A stretch of 64,000 nt of DNA from a virus. The stretch is from positions 1-64,000 of IMG/VR virus record IMGVR_UViG_3300035698_022389; one strand, 5' to 3'. Below, in pieces: positions 9,901 to 18,023 of this stretch. Both the position numbers and the translations under genes were made by a program. Position 1 is the stretch's first letter; every line of letters begins with the position of its first letter. The notes under the pieces are model-generated. The model was not told the DNA's origin. It ran no database searches and saw only the letters and a list, made by a program, of their open reading frames with translations.

Positions 9901-12900
9901 AAGAAACGGGCTTCATATTTCAGAGCTGGTGACCCTATTTTCTTCGGTAAATACAAGAATAAAAAGGGCATAATCAAAGGTTTCGGGCAAAATTCAAAGA
10001 ATCAGTCTGTAACTGTTATCATCGAGCTTGACCCTAAAGGCAGAAAACAGGAGAAAGCAATCAGTTTGTACAACATCTGGCATCGGGACATTGAACGTCG
10101 TGCCTCTGTTGACCGCCTGGCTATCAAGTACGAAGCTCGTGTCAAAGAGCCTTGGAAGATGACTTTTAATGAATTCAGGAAATCTGTAAAAGTTCAGAGA
10201 GTTGAATGGAAAGCTGTCCAGACTTTCCAGGACTTCTTGAAGGCCAAACGGGTTAACCCATCAGATATTCCAACAGAAGCTGAGGAAGCAGATGCTATTG
10301 GTGGGTTGGTATTTAGGCGTCCTAATATGACAACTCAGCAAATAGGGCGTTTGAAGACATTAGTTCGTAAAAAATTGTATAAGGATAAATTATATAAGGA
10401 ATGGGGGACTACTGTTGATAGAGTTGAGTCCCGTTCAGATTTGGATTTAAGCAGGGCTGATGATAAAGCCTATTTGAGAGTTGAACATAAACGGGCAATT
10501 CGTAAAGCTCTCCATCATCGAAAACATGTCCCAGATAAAGTTTTGATTGAGTATCCTGAATTGACTGCTGTAGACAGGATTGCATCCAGGAGCTTAAAAG
10601 CTAAGGGTACTCATAACTTTTTACGGATAGAGAAACTTATGACAGATCTTCGTGAGGAATTACCACGAGGTTTTTATAGGAATACCCCTATAAAGGAAAG
10701 TCAAGTAAAAGATATTCAACGAAAAGCTCGTGCTTTGTATGATGCCCTTGTCTTTGATTTCGAGGGGACACGGGCTGCTTTCCTTTATAAAAAGAAAGCC
10801 CATCGTAAAATCGAGAATTTTCGTAAGTTCTTTTTAGCACTTACCAAAGTAACAGGTCCTGAAGAAATGATGGCATACCTCCAAAAATGGGGTGGTAAGA
10901 CTAAAGGGTACTTTGAAAAGTTTTGGGACTCCATGCGGTTTACTTTAGGTGTCATTCAAGCACTTGATGTGGAACGTATTGATTCTTTCTCAGTTGGTAA
11001 GTGGAATGTCTCATTATGGACATCTCCCCGTGCTGATTGGGATGATGGTAAGGTTGGTCGTTTGCAGTGGGTTTTGGACAGGGCTGATAAAATGACTACC
11101 TCTAAGGGGTTTGGGGGTGTGTCTTACGGTCGGGTAAATGCCTATCCCTCGGGTAATGTTCCAGTATCAGGGCATGGAAGTGGTTCAACCATGGCAATGT
11201 ATAACCCCTCAACTGATTTGGTCAGTTTGGGTGCAGGGAAAGATGTTAAGAGGACTCTCTTGGATTTAATCCATGAATTAGGTCATCGTTATTATTTCAA
11301 AAAAATGGGGTCACGGGGACGTGCCGCATGGGAGGAGTTTTTTGAAGCCTCTCAAGGTTCTCCCAATGTGGATAAGCTAATTGCCGATTGGGAAAGATAT
11401 GTTAAGAATGCAACTGGATGGGATGGTAAGAAATACGGTCGGTATCTGTTTCAGTATTACTCTTATTTGAAGAAAAAAGACCCTGAACAAACCATGTGGC
11501 TTGAAATGGTTGCAGATAAAATAGATATTAATGAGCCTTCCAATGCTTATGGTCCTAAAAAGGGGATTACCCCTGGCCTTGATCAGTTGATTGCACGTAA
11601 AGGGGAAGCTAATGTTTTCCTTCACCCTGTAACGGCTTACAGTGCTACAAGTCCATCGGAACTATTTGCTGAAACCTTCTCTCATGCAATCTTTTATGGG
11701 CCAAATACGATTCCCGAAATAGTCAGGGATGTGTTCAAGCGGGCAGCCCCTAAAGCAAAAATGGCCTCTGATAGGCAGATTAATCGCATTGCATCTAAGT
11801 TTCAGAAGAAAAAAGAAGTCCCTAAAGCAGATGGCAAAGGGACAACCACGGTCTATGAGTACAGTGAAGGTCAGATTCAGAATCGGAACAGGGACAAAGC
11901 CAAACGAATAGAGGCTCTTCGGGGGAAACTGGATAAACTCCATACGTCTATTAAGAAAGACCTGAAATCCAAAGATGAACAGACCTGGATGACTGCTCTG
12001 GCTATTGGGCTTATCAATGATACATTTGAGCGGGTTGGTAACTCAGGTTCAGCTAATGACGGCCATTTTGGTGTGACTGGCTGGCAGGCCAAGCATGTAA
12101 CTTTGGGGCCTGGAAAAGCTACTTTCAAATACGTCGGCAAATCAGGTGTGAGTCAGTCCAAGACAACCACCGATAATGGCCTTGTGAGTGCCCTGAAAGC
12201 AGCAATGGAGGGTAAGACGGGTTCTGACCCTATATTCAAGGCAGAGAGCTTCACAGTGGATTCAGGGAAGATTAACACCTATCTGAAGCCCTTTGACATC
12301 ACAGCTAAGGATGTCCGGGGTCTTCATGCTAACAGGCAAGTCCAGAAGGCTCTTAAATCCATCCGTTCTGCCGGTGGGAAATTACCAACGGATCCAAAGG
12401 AAAAAGAGAAGAAGTTGAAGGCTGAATTTCAGTCTGCCCTCGAACAGGCAGCAAAAGCTGTCGGTCATGAGGCTGCCACCTTGAAGAATCAGTATTTAGT
12501 TCCAGGATTGGAAGATAATTATCTGAAAGATGGGACTGTTAAAGAGAACTTGGCCAGACAGAAAAAGGCAACTAAAACCCACGGGGAAAGAGATGACGAG
12601 GAAACTGCTAAACTCGTAAAACCTCTCCCTAAGAAGAACCCTCCACGGTATGATCTTAGAAACGAACGGGTTAATGTGGATAAGGACAAGGATACAGGGG
12701 GCAATAAGGCTGATAATGATAAGGACATGAGCCTGAACTACAAGAGGGTTGCTATAGACCGTCTGGCTGACCGTTGGTTGAGACACGCTGTTGAGGCAAA
12801 GAAACCTGGGGATATCTGGAAAACGAACAAAGGTTATTCAGTTAAATTGGATGATGACACTATCCGACAGACGGACTCTGGGGCCAAGGCTAAAATTATA

Positions 12901-14586
12901 CTGGAGAAATTCCGTAGTGGGAAGAAACCCGAGGATGATCCGAGCGGGAAAAAGAAACCTCAAGAGGTACCTGGCAGTGTTGAGAAAGCTCTGATCAAAG
13001 TTGAGGAAGATAAAGCTCAAGCCAAAGTTGATGAAGCAGCTGCGAAGGCTGATGAAGTTCCTCAAGATGAAGAACCTGCTTCCAAGGAGGAAGCTATTTC
13101 AAAACAGCCTGAAATCTCGAAGTCAAAGAAACAGAAACGATTTGATGAGGTCGCTGCTGTTTATAATGGTTTTATTGTTGATATGGGGAAAGATAAACGG
13201 TTCAAATCCGTATTAAAAGAAATTAGTGATTTTGATAACCCACAGGAAGTTATGACAGCTTTCCAAACTCAAGTTACCGATATTAGGGCTGAGATAGATA
13301 AAGGAAACCTTTCTCCTGAAACCATTCAGGCTGCTTCAGATGCATTAGAAAACCCAGGTGGTGATGGCATGGCCAATGCCAAAATGGTTGGTCAGACTTT
13401 GGCATTGGCTATGATAGCCAAGAAATTAATAGCTAATCCTCTTTATAGAGGTGGTCAGTCTTCTGGTTTAGATGCTGAAGGTACGGTATCTGATTCCCGT
13501 GATCTAACAAAAAAAGCCAGGGAAACTGCAAATTATTACAGTTCCTTAACTCCGATTCTCCGACAGGAGGCTATTGCTGAAACTAAGAAGCTATTTACGG
13601 GGTTAGAGGGAGGTTCTACTCAGCGTCATGAATTGGATAAGTTAGCTGATGGTATTCATCATGCTGCTAGTGTTCAGGGAGATTACGATGATCCCCGAAG
13701 TGGTAATGCTTCTTTAAGGCCACCTCCAGGGCCAGGCCTTCGGAGTGTCTTGCAAGTTTTGGCCACTAAAGGTGAAGACCAGGATATTTTGGATATTATA
13801 GTAAATAGCTCAAAAGGTGGCCTGGGTTCAGATGATGCCAAGCTTAAAATCAAAAGTGCTTTGGACGATTTATCTGATGATGATTTGTATGAAGCTTGTG
13901 GTGGGGAAAATGGCCCAGATGCACTTACTATAGATTTGTTGCAGAATGGGGGTCTGTCTTCTAAGGAACTGGAATATGTTAAGGATATGTTAGTAGGTGG
14001 TTTGGTAGATAGTATTTCCTCTCATGATGAGATAACTGCCCGTATAACGCAGGGTGATAAAGTAATTCAACAGTTAGTAGACCTTGAAAAAACTCAAGAC
14101 CAAAAACCAGAAACTAAAACCCTAGGGGACTCTGAAAATTCAACCCTTCACGGGGACACAGAATATTGTTGGACATGTCCCCGTGAAGATGGAGCACCTT
14201 CTTCACAAGAACTGGTTAACAATATAGAAAATGGTGCCCGAAAGGAGACTGATGAGGAGCGGTTTAAGTTGGCTGAGTGTCTGAAAGAGGCTAAGAGTCC
14301 TGAGCGTAAGCAGAAGTGTCTCGATAAATTGAATAGGGTGCCCTTAGATAAATTAGCTAATGATAATGAGGATTTACGCCCAGAAGATCCTTGGCAGGAC
14401 GCATGTAATGTTTACCGTTTGAGCTTAGCCGAGGCTCGATTAAAGTTTTTTGAAGAAACTTTCGGTGAACTTCCTATAGATGACCCTTTTAAAGTCCAGA
14501 TTCAAACAGCAATCAAACTTTATGATGCTGAAGAGTTGGACAAAAGATACATCCGAGAGGGTGAGAAGTTAGGAAACTTATTTTAA
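6991..14586 (+). CDS. Giant multidomain 'polyvalent'-type protein: 2H phosphoesterase + CCA/poly(A)-polymerase-class nucleotidyltransferase + two HExxH metallopeptidase-like domains + type IB topoisomerase + acidic C-terminal region (ATG at 7003 is a possible start)
   Basis: HCT (7141) and HAT (7414); VGGAVRN, DIDI, RREFT, EDPSRMIRAIKF; LLHELAH (9421) with YAATDAEEHFCEA; LIHELGH (11272) with YSATSPSELFAETF; TopIB pentad ERVGN / GKSG / KDVR / GH-x8-Y. Confidence 0.85.
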   Translation: MDKLMKPEKYFGAAYGKKTGDGTGVGLFIPLPEPLASQFPSLGDADTSPSHCTFLYIGAVNKDQEKLFLDTLTQVFTGWDKSVMGVLDYLDYFIHPEKERHVAVMKIRFNQRMDEIRWKLRDALIEVGIHVDDGFPLVYQPHATLEYIGCLDTPYVGTVPSGSWTFNSIEVWGLPKLHVIPFQQTPTDRMASKYIASLKHQTSIELMKFLANAVNKLGAGRHVYVVGGAVRNFIISEPIKDIDIVVDSIGAGKDSAWLAKKLQKAIPTRTNLVTNQYGVAIITIKDDWFIGDSNLKGETIEIANARKESYGGVDGKGYKPHMVEPSTIQEDVVRREFTFNTLLWQMSELANGPEKAEILDMTGCGRKDLDEGMMRCPSNPNKTFTEDPSRMIRAIKFLIKYGFKIAPDVKAAIKRNAPKLKNIPSGHLSNMIVNLFFEPGYGSKALVEMKKLGLLDVVQEIAVKDKSFREALANWSDRSAKIDFLFELMDYNMPTGRRLKFLSKADLVKLRDITAPMSSDETERLIAPLEQPGKLVNMKALISEFGLKGQEIRQLTDVIRQAILKDPRMVMTPARLERETRKHMGKTAKVYTEADLFPALRKFEDAVEQLDKYYAIIHVYVESLGDKGGEKQLQLAFERGVRRYWEYVINAGAELSRIVLDQKAIPAGQAKKIEMAARLFMSALRFPKKFDNWMKKNTRHIKYLEEAAKKWKDKEEGDELFKIGPFDVHNTIGASDKDLEGIKTLVSKGISLVKKASGALTGYKKTLYGDVFVVGKLLKSHTMAWYEIGDDSVYMRLMKKVDYDDLQSLLHELAHRYWRKFLSHGVKTRWHVHHNAVGGSMAGKVDMPEVGDILPFSVNKTKKPKVLGIESGVYILEARSGNPLAVQKMTLYKWMQQEQKTGKYPTRYAATDAEEHFCEAMALYALGKLGPEHVKALEESLTGKEDELSFIQKDVAAMTDQAIERVAKGFKKRASYFRAGDPIFFGKYKNKKGIIKGFGQNSKNQSVTVIIELDPKGRKQEKAISLYNIWHRDIERRASVDRLAIKYEARVKEPWKMTFNEFRKSVKVQRVEWKAVQTFQDFLKAKRVNPSDIPTEAEEADAIGGLVFRRPNMTTQQIGRLKTLVRKKLYKDKLYKEWGTTVDRVESRSDLDLSRADDKAYLRVEHKRAIRKALHHRKHVPDKVLIEYPELTAVDRIASRSLKAKGTHNFLRIEKLMTDLREELPRGFYRNTPIKESQVKDIQRKARALYDALVFDFEGTRAAFLYKKKAHRKIENFRKFFLALTKVTGPEEMMAYLQKWGGKTKGYFEKFWDSMRFTLGVIQALDVERIDSFSVGKWNVSLWTSPRADWDDGKVGRLQWVLDRADKMTTSKGFGGVSYGRVNAYPSGNVPVSGHGSGSTMAMYNPSTDLVSLGAGKDVKRTLLDLIHELGHRYYFKKMGSRGRAAWEEFFEASQGSPNVDKLIADWERYVKNATGWDGKKYGRYLFQYYSYLKKKDPEQTMWLEMVADKIDINEPSNAYGPKKGITPGLDQLIARKGEANVFLHPVTAYSATSPSELFAETFSHAIFYGPNTIPEIVRDVFKRAAPKAKMASDRQINRIASKFQKKKEVPKADGKGTTTVYEYSEGQIQNRNRDKAKRIEALRGKLDKLHTSIKKDLKSKDEQTWMTALAIGLINDTFERVGNSGSANDGHFGVTGWQAKHVTLGPGKATFKYVGKSGVSQSKTTTDNGLVSALKAAMEGKTGSDPIFKAESFTVDSGKINTYLKPFDITAKDVRGLHANRQVQKALKSIRSAGGKLPTDPKEKEKKLKAEFQSALEQAAKAVGHEAATLKNQYLVPGLEDNYLKDGTVKENLARQKKATKTHGERDDEETAKLVKPLPKKNPPRYDLRNERVNVDKDKDTGGNKADNDKDMSLNYKRVAIDRLADRWLRHAVEAKKPGDIWKTNKGYSVKLDDDTIRQTDSGAKAKIILEKFRSGKKPEDDPSGKKKPQEVPGSVEKALIKVEEDKAQAKVDEAAAKADEVPQDEEPASKEEAISKQPEISKSKKQKRFDEVAAVYNGFIVDMGKDKRFKSVLKEISDFDNPQEVMTAFQTQVTDIRAEIDKGNLSPETIQAASDALENPGGDGMANAKMVGQTLALAMIAKKLIANPLYRGGQSSGLDAEGTVSDSRDLTKKARETANYYSSLTPILRQEAIAETKKLFTGLEGGSTQRHELDKLADGIHHAASVQGDYDDPRSGNASLRPPPGPGLRSVLQVLATKGEDQDILDIIVNSSKGGLGSDDAKLKIKSALDDLSDDDLYEACGGENGPDALTIDLLQNGGLSSKELEYVKDMLVGGLVDSISSHDEITARITQGDKVIQQLVDLEKTQDQKPETKTLGDSENSTLHGDTEYCWTCPREDGAPSSQELVNNIENGARKETDEERFKLAECLKEAKSPERKQKCLDKLNRVPLDKLANDNEDLRPEDPWQDACNVYRLSLAEARLKFFEETFGELPIDDPFKVQIQTAIKLYDAEELDKRYIREGEKLGNLF

Positions 14587-14691
14587 GAAGTAAACTTTTT
14601 CAATCTTTCATCTATATTTGAGGATACCTAAGTAGAGGGCATAGTGCGCCTCGTTTTAACTTGAGTATGGATGACCTTACAAGGAGGACAT

Positions 14692-15735
14692 ATGATGACT
14701 ATGACGTTGACTAAAAAGGGCGCACGGCAAGTGACTGAAACATTGGATAAGGTTGCAACCTTATTTCAGAATGACCACAAAACCCTTGGGATTGACCCAA
14801 AAATTGCCACTGATTTTGCTCACCGTTGTGATGTTCTTTCCGACCATGTTGAGAAACGTGCCGGAATTAACCGTACAGCTCTGACAGAATACGATCCTGT
14901 AAAAGAAACAGGATTCAATCCCGAAGAAATCGGGATTGAAAGATCGGGTCCCCTTGAAATGGTGGATTCAGATGAACCTTTCATGAACGGTGAGTTCACT
15001 CAGCAAGAGAATCGTGAACTTCGTTATGACCAGCAAAGTGGTAAACTCGGTCCAGACCGTACTACTCTTGCCCCACAAAACATTCCTGCAGGCAAACAAG
15101 CATTCGAGAAAATGGGTCGTGAAACTGTCATCAACAAGATGAGTATGATGAATGACACTCTGCATAATACAGCTTTGAAATTAGCTGCACTTAACCAAAG
15201 CATTTTGGCTGATGGTGTGACTAAGCTAGCCCAAGCTGTGATGGATACCCAAGTAGGCATCTCTCTCGGTATCGTGACTGCTGCTCAAAGCACTGAAATC
15301 ATGGATTCTTTCGAACTTGTGATGCCTCACATTGCTGCTGTAAGTCCTCAAACTCAGTCTAAAGTTGCTAGGATGATTGATCTTGCACTTCATATCGCAA
15401 AAAAAGCGGAAGAAGATGAAGATAATGACGACAAGAAGGACGACAAGAAGGACGACAAGAAGGACGACAAGAAGGACGACAAGAAGGACGACAAGAAGGA
15501 CGACAAGAAGGACGATAGTGGCAAATCTTTCTTTGAGAAGATGGAAGAAGCCAAGGCTAAGAAAAAGGCCAAGAAATCTGGTGAAGATGAAGATGACCTT
15601 GATGATGATGATGATGTAGAAGGCAAAAAGAAAGCAGCTAAGAAGTCTGATGAAGATTCAGAAGCTGAAGAGGACGATGATGATGTGGAAGGTAAAAAGA
15701 AAGCCTCTCACGGATTCATTCTGAACGCTGACTAA
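14692..15735 (+). CDS. Acidic/lysine-rich head scaffold-like or internal protein
   Basis: AAGGAGG RBS before ATG 14692; low-complexity D/E/K C-terminus; upstream of the prohead protease. Confidence 0.6.
   Translation: MMTMTLTKKGARQVTETLDKVATLFQNDHKTLGIDPKIATDFAHRCDVLSDHVEKRAGINRTALTEYDPVKETGFNPEEIGIERSGPLEMVDSDEPFMNGEFTQQENRELRYDQQSGKLGPDRTTLAPQNIPAGKQAFEKMGRETVINKMSMMNDTLHNTALKLAALNQSILADGVTKLAQAVMDTQVGISLGIVTAAQSTEIMDSFELVMPHIAAVSPQTQSKVARMIDLALHIAKKAEEDEDNDDKKDDKKDDKKDDKKDDKKDDKKDDKKDDSGKSFFEKMEEAKAKKKAKKSGEDEDDLDDDDDVEGKKKAAKKSDEDSEAEEDDDDVEGKKKASHGFILNAD
15427..15510 (+). repeat. Perfect 12-bp tandem repeat x7 (GACGACAAGAAG), encoding (DDKK)7
   Basis: Read directly from the sequence. 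Confidence 0.97.
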
Positions 15736-15756
15736 ATCATCTACAAGGAGCATCTC

Positions 15757-16407
15757 GTGGCAAAAACAGCAGCTATCGTCAATTATCAAATCCGGGGAGC
15801 ACAGTTCGCTGTTGGCGATGTGGTTTACCCGTTTTTGGACGGCAGTTCTGACTTGAACGGTCGAGTTGTAGCCGTATGGCCAGCCATTGGCATGGTAGAT
15901 GTGGAATGGCCTCACGGGTCGGAACGTCTTCCTGTTGAAGATATTCAGAAAATATCTCCTGATTCTTTCTATCAACCCCCTGAAGTGGCACCTGGTGAAA
16001 GTAGTGTACCCGGTGGTGCTGAAAGTGTCCCTGTATCAACGGGTCCTTCGGAAAAAGCTGTTATTCCTGAAGAGGAACAAGTAACTCGGTTGACTGCTGC
16101 TTTCATCAAAAAAGCTGTATGGCAGAATTCCCAATTACCTGAATTCCGACGAAGACTTGGCCTTTATTGGGCTTCTCGTGACCGACGGTATAGAGCCCGA
16201 AAAATTGAATTGGGTGACGGTGTTTATCATTGTCCAAAGTGTGCTGGGGTTGAATTACGGAAAGCCATCTATAAACGACGTGCAGGTGAAAGCTTGCATT
16301 TATTAGGTTGCCCAAATTGTCTGTTCCTTATCAAGAAATCTGACATTATAGGTGACCCAACTTATACTGAGTTTGACATTACACCCAATCGGAAACGGAG
16401 GTTGTAA
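15757..16407 (+). CDS. Hypothetical protein with C-terminal zinc ribbon
   Basis: GTG start after AAGGAG; CPKC...GCPNC; stop overlaps the next ATG. Confidence 0.7.
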   Translation: MAKTAAIVNYQIRGAQFAVGDVVYPFLDGSSDLNGRVVAVWPAIGMVDVEWPHGSERLPVEDIQKISPDSFYQPPEVAPGESSVPGGAESVPVSTGPSEKAVIPEEEQVTRLTAAFIKKAVWQNSQLPEFRRRLGLYWASRDRRYRARKIELGDGVYHCPKCAGVELRKAIYKRRAGESLHLLGCPNCLFLIKKSDIIGDPTYTEFDITPNRKRRL

Positions 16408-18023
16408 TGGCATTCATGAAGTATGCAACAGCTACCGTTGTTCAACCACATGTATCGGCCAATGTTTGGAGTAATATTCGGACGGCAGGGGATGTGGCCA
16501 GGTCTGGTGGAAACTTGGACAAGAATCTTATTGTTCGGGCTTCCGACTTGTTTGAGCAGGACTTTAAACCGAGTGAGTACCTCTTAACTCATGCTACTAT
16601 TATTGCTTCAGTTGACACATTTGCTCCAGTAGGATCAAAGGTTGGTTCTCAACTGGTGGATGGCTTCCAGGTCAATCGTAAGTACCCTGACTTTAGAATC
16701 ACAGCAACCACTGATAAATTTATCAACAATAATAGTGATGCCTGGTCACGAGATGTCCTCATGAAGTCCTATCAGACTTTCGTGGGGGGTCATAATTTCG
16801 TGGAGCATATTCAGGTGGAGGAGTTATCCCGGGGACGAATCATTGATGCCGTGTCTCGTGATATTGGTGATTCCATCTATGTTGACATCCTTATTGCTAC
16901 AGATAGAAAACACACAGACCTGATTCAAGCAATTGAAAATGGGAAAATGTCAACCTTATCGATGGGTTGTTCTGTCGACGGGACTATTTGTAGTAAGTGT
17001 GGGCATTGGGCAGCTGATGAAACCGAAATGTGCCCACATATCAAATACGAGAAGGGGAATACATTCTTTGATAACCAGGGGCGTCAGTCACGGGTAGCCG
17101 AACTTTGTGGGCATGGTACAATAGACCCACATGGTGGCGTTCATTTCGTTGAAGCCTCTTGGGTAGAGCAACCTGCATTTACTGGGGCTGTTTTACGGAA
17201 TGTGTTGGAGCCTACTCCTATTACAACTGCTAAAGTACAAGAAGTTTTGGCTTCAGTACCACCTCAATGGTCGGAGACTGACTATTTGAAGGTTGCTGGC
17301 TTCATGCCCCTCGTTGAAGAAGTGCTCGACACCAAAGTAATTGATAATGTTGGGCAAATCCGTCATGACGGGGCTTTAGTGGGGGCCATTGGCAAAACTC
17401 AACGTGCTGCCATTTATGGTTCCGCAGACCCCTTCCTGGCAGGTTGGGACGATGAGGGTGTTGAAGAGGGGGCTGAAGAGGGGGCTGAAGAGGGGGCTGA
17501 AGAGGTCAGTGATACACCTCCAACTGGAGAGCCTGCTAAGAGTCCTTTAGAGGATGCTGAAGAAGATCTTGAAAAACATTTAATGAACCGAGTAGTTCAA
17601 AGAATGAAAGACAAGATGAAGGATAAAGTTGTGGATGATGCTATTGGTGGGGAATCCTCAATGGCTCCAAATGACACCCTTATTAAAGAAGGCTCTGCTG
17701 GTAGGATGTACAAAGCAGCTTTGAATACGATTGTTTGGAAAACAGCAAGTGATGCTGATCTGGTGAATTCCTTAGCTGAGTATCATCAGAATATAGGTAT
17801 TGACATTCCTGTGGACATCTACAGGGCGTCATTAGTAGTAGGGTACCATAAGAAATATAGTTCGGTTGATTCGTTCTGGGATGCTTGCTGCCGAGTTCTA
17901 GGACGTGTGCCGAATCATTATGAGGCTAAAACAATTTTACGAATTTCCAAATTGTTGACCCAGAGAAAGTCTTTGGGCTGCAATTCTTCTCACTCAGGCA
18001 GTCGCTATAAGGAGGATCAGTAA
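16407..18023 (+). CDS. Prohead maturation protease with a Cys/His insert
   Basis: HK97/assemblin-like order of motifs: NNNSDAW, FVEH (His), GRIIDA, LSMGC (Ser), FVEASWVEQPAFTGA. Insert CSKC...CPH...C. Located before scaffold and MCP. (EEGA)3 repeat at 17463-17498. Confidence 0.8.
   Translation: MAFMKYATATVVQPHVSANVWSNIRTAGDVARSGGNLDKNLIVRASDLFEQDFKPSEYLLTHATIIASVDTFAPVGSKVGSQLVDGFQVNRKYPDFRITATTDKFINNNSDAWSRDVLMKSYQTFVGGHNFVEHIQVEELSRGRIIDAVSRDIGDSIYVDILIATDRKHTDLIQAIENGKMSTLSMGCSVDGTICSKCGHWAADETEMCPHIKYEKGNTFFDNQGRQSRVAELCGHGTIDPHGGVHFVEASWVEQPAFTGAVLRNVLEPTPITTAKVQEVLASVPPQWSETDYLKVAGFMPLVEEVLDTKVIDNVGQIRHDGALVGAIGKTQRAAIYGSADPFLAGWDDEGVEEGAEEGAEEGAEEVSDTPPTGEPAKSPLEDAEEDLEKHLMNRVVQRMKDKMKDKVVDDAIGGESSMAPNDTLIKEGSAGRMYKAALNTIVWKTASDADLVNSLAEYHQNIGIDIPVDIYRASLVVGYHKKYSSVDSFWDACCRVLGRVPNHYEAKTILRISKLLTQRKSLGCNSSHSGSRYKEDQ

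Noticed and set aside
15427-15510. Regular short repeats as a possible CRISPR array
   Set aside because: No spacers; in-frame coding repeat (DDKK). The same holds for the 19217, 57397 and 60494 repeats.
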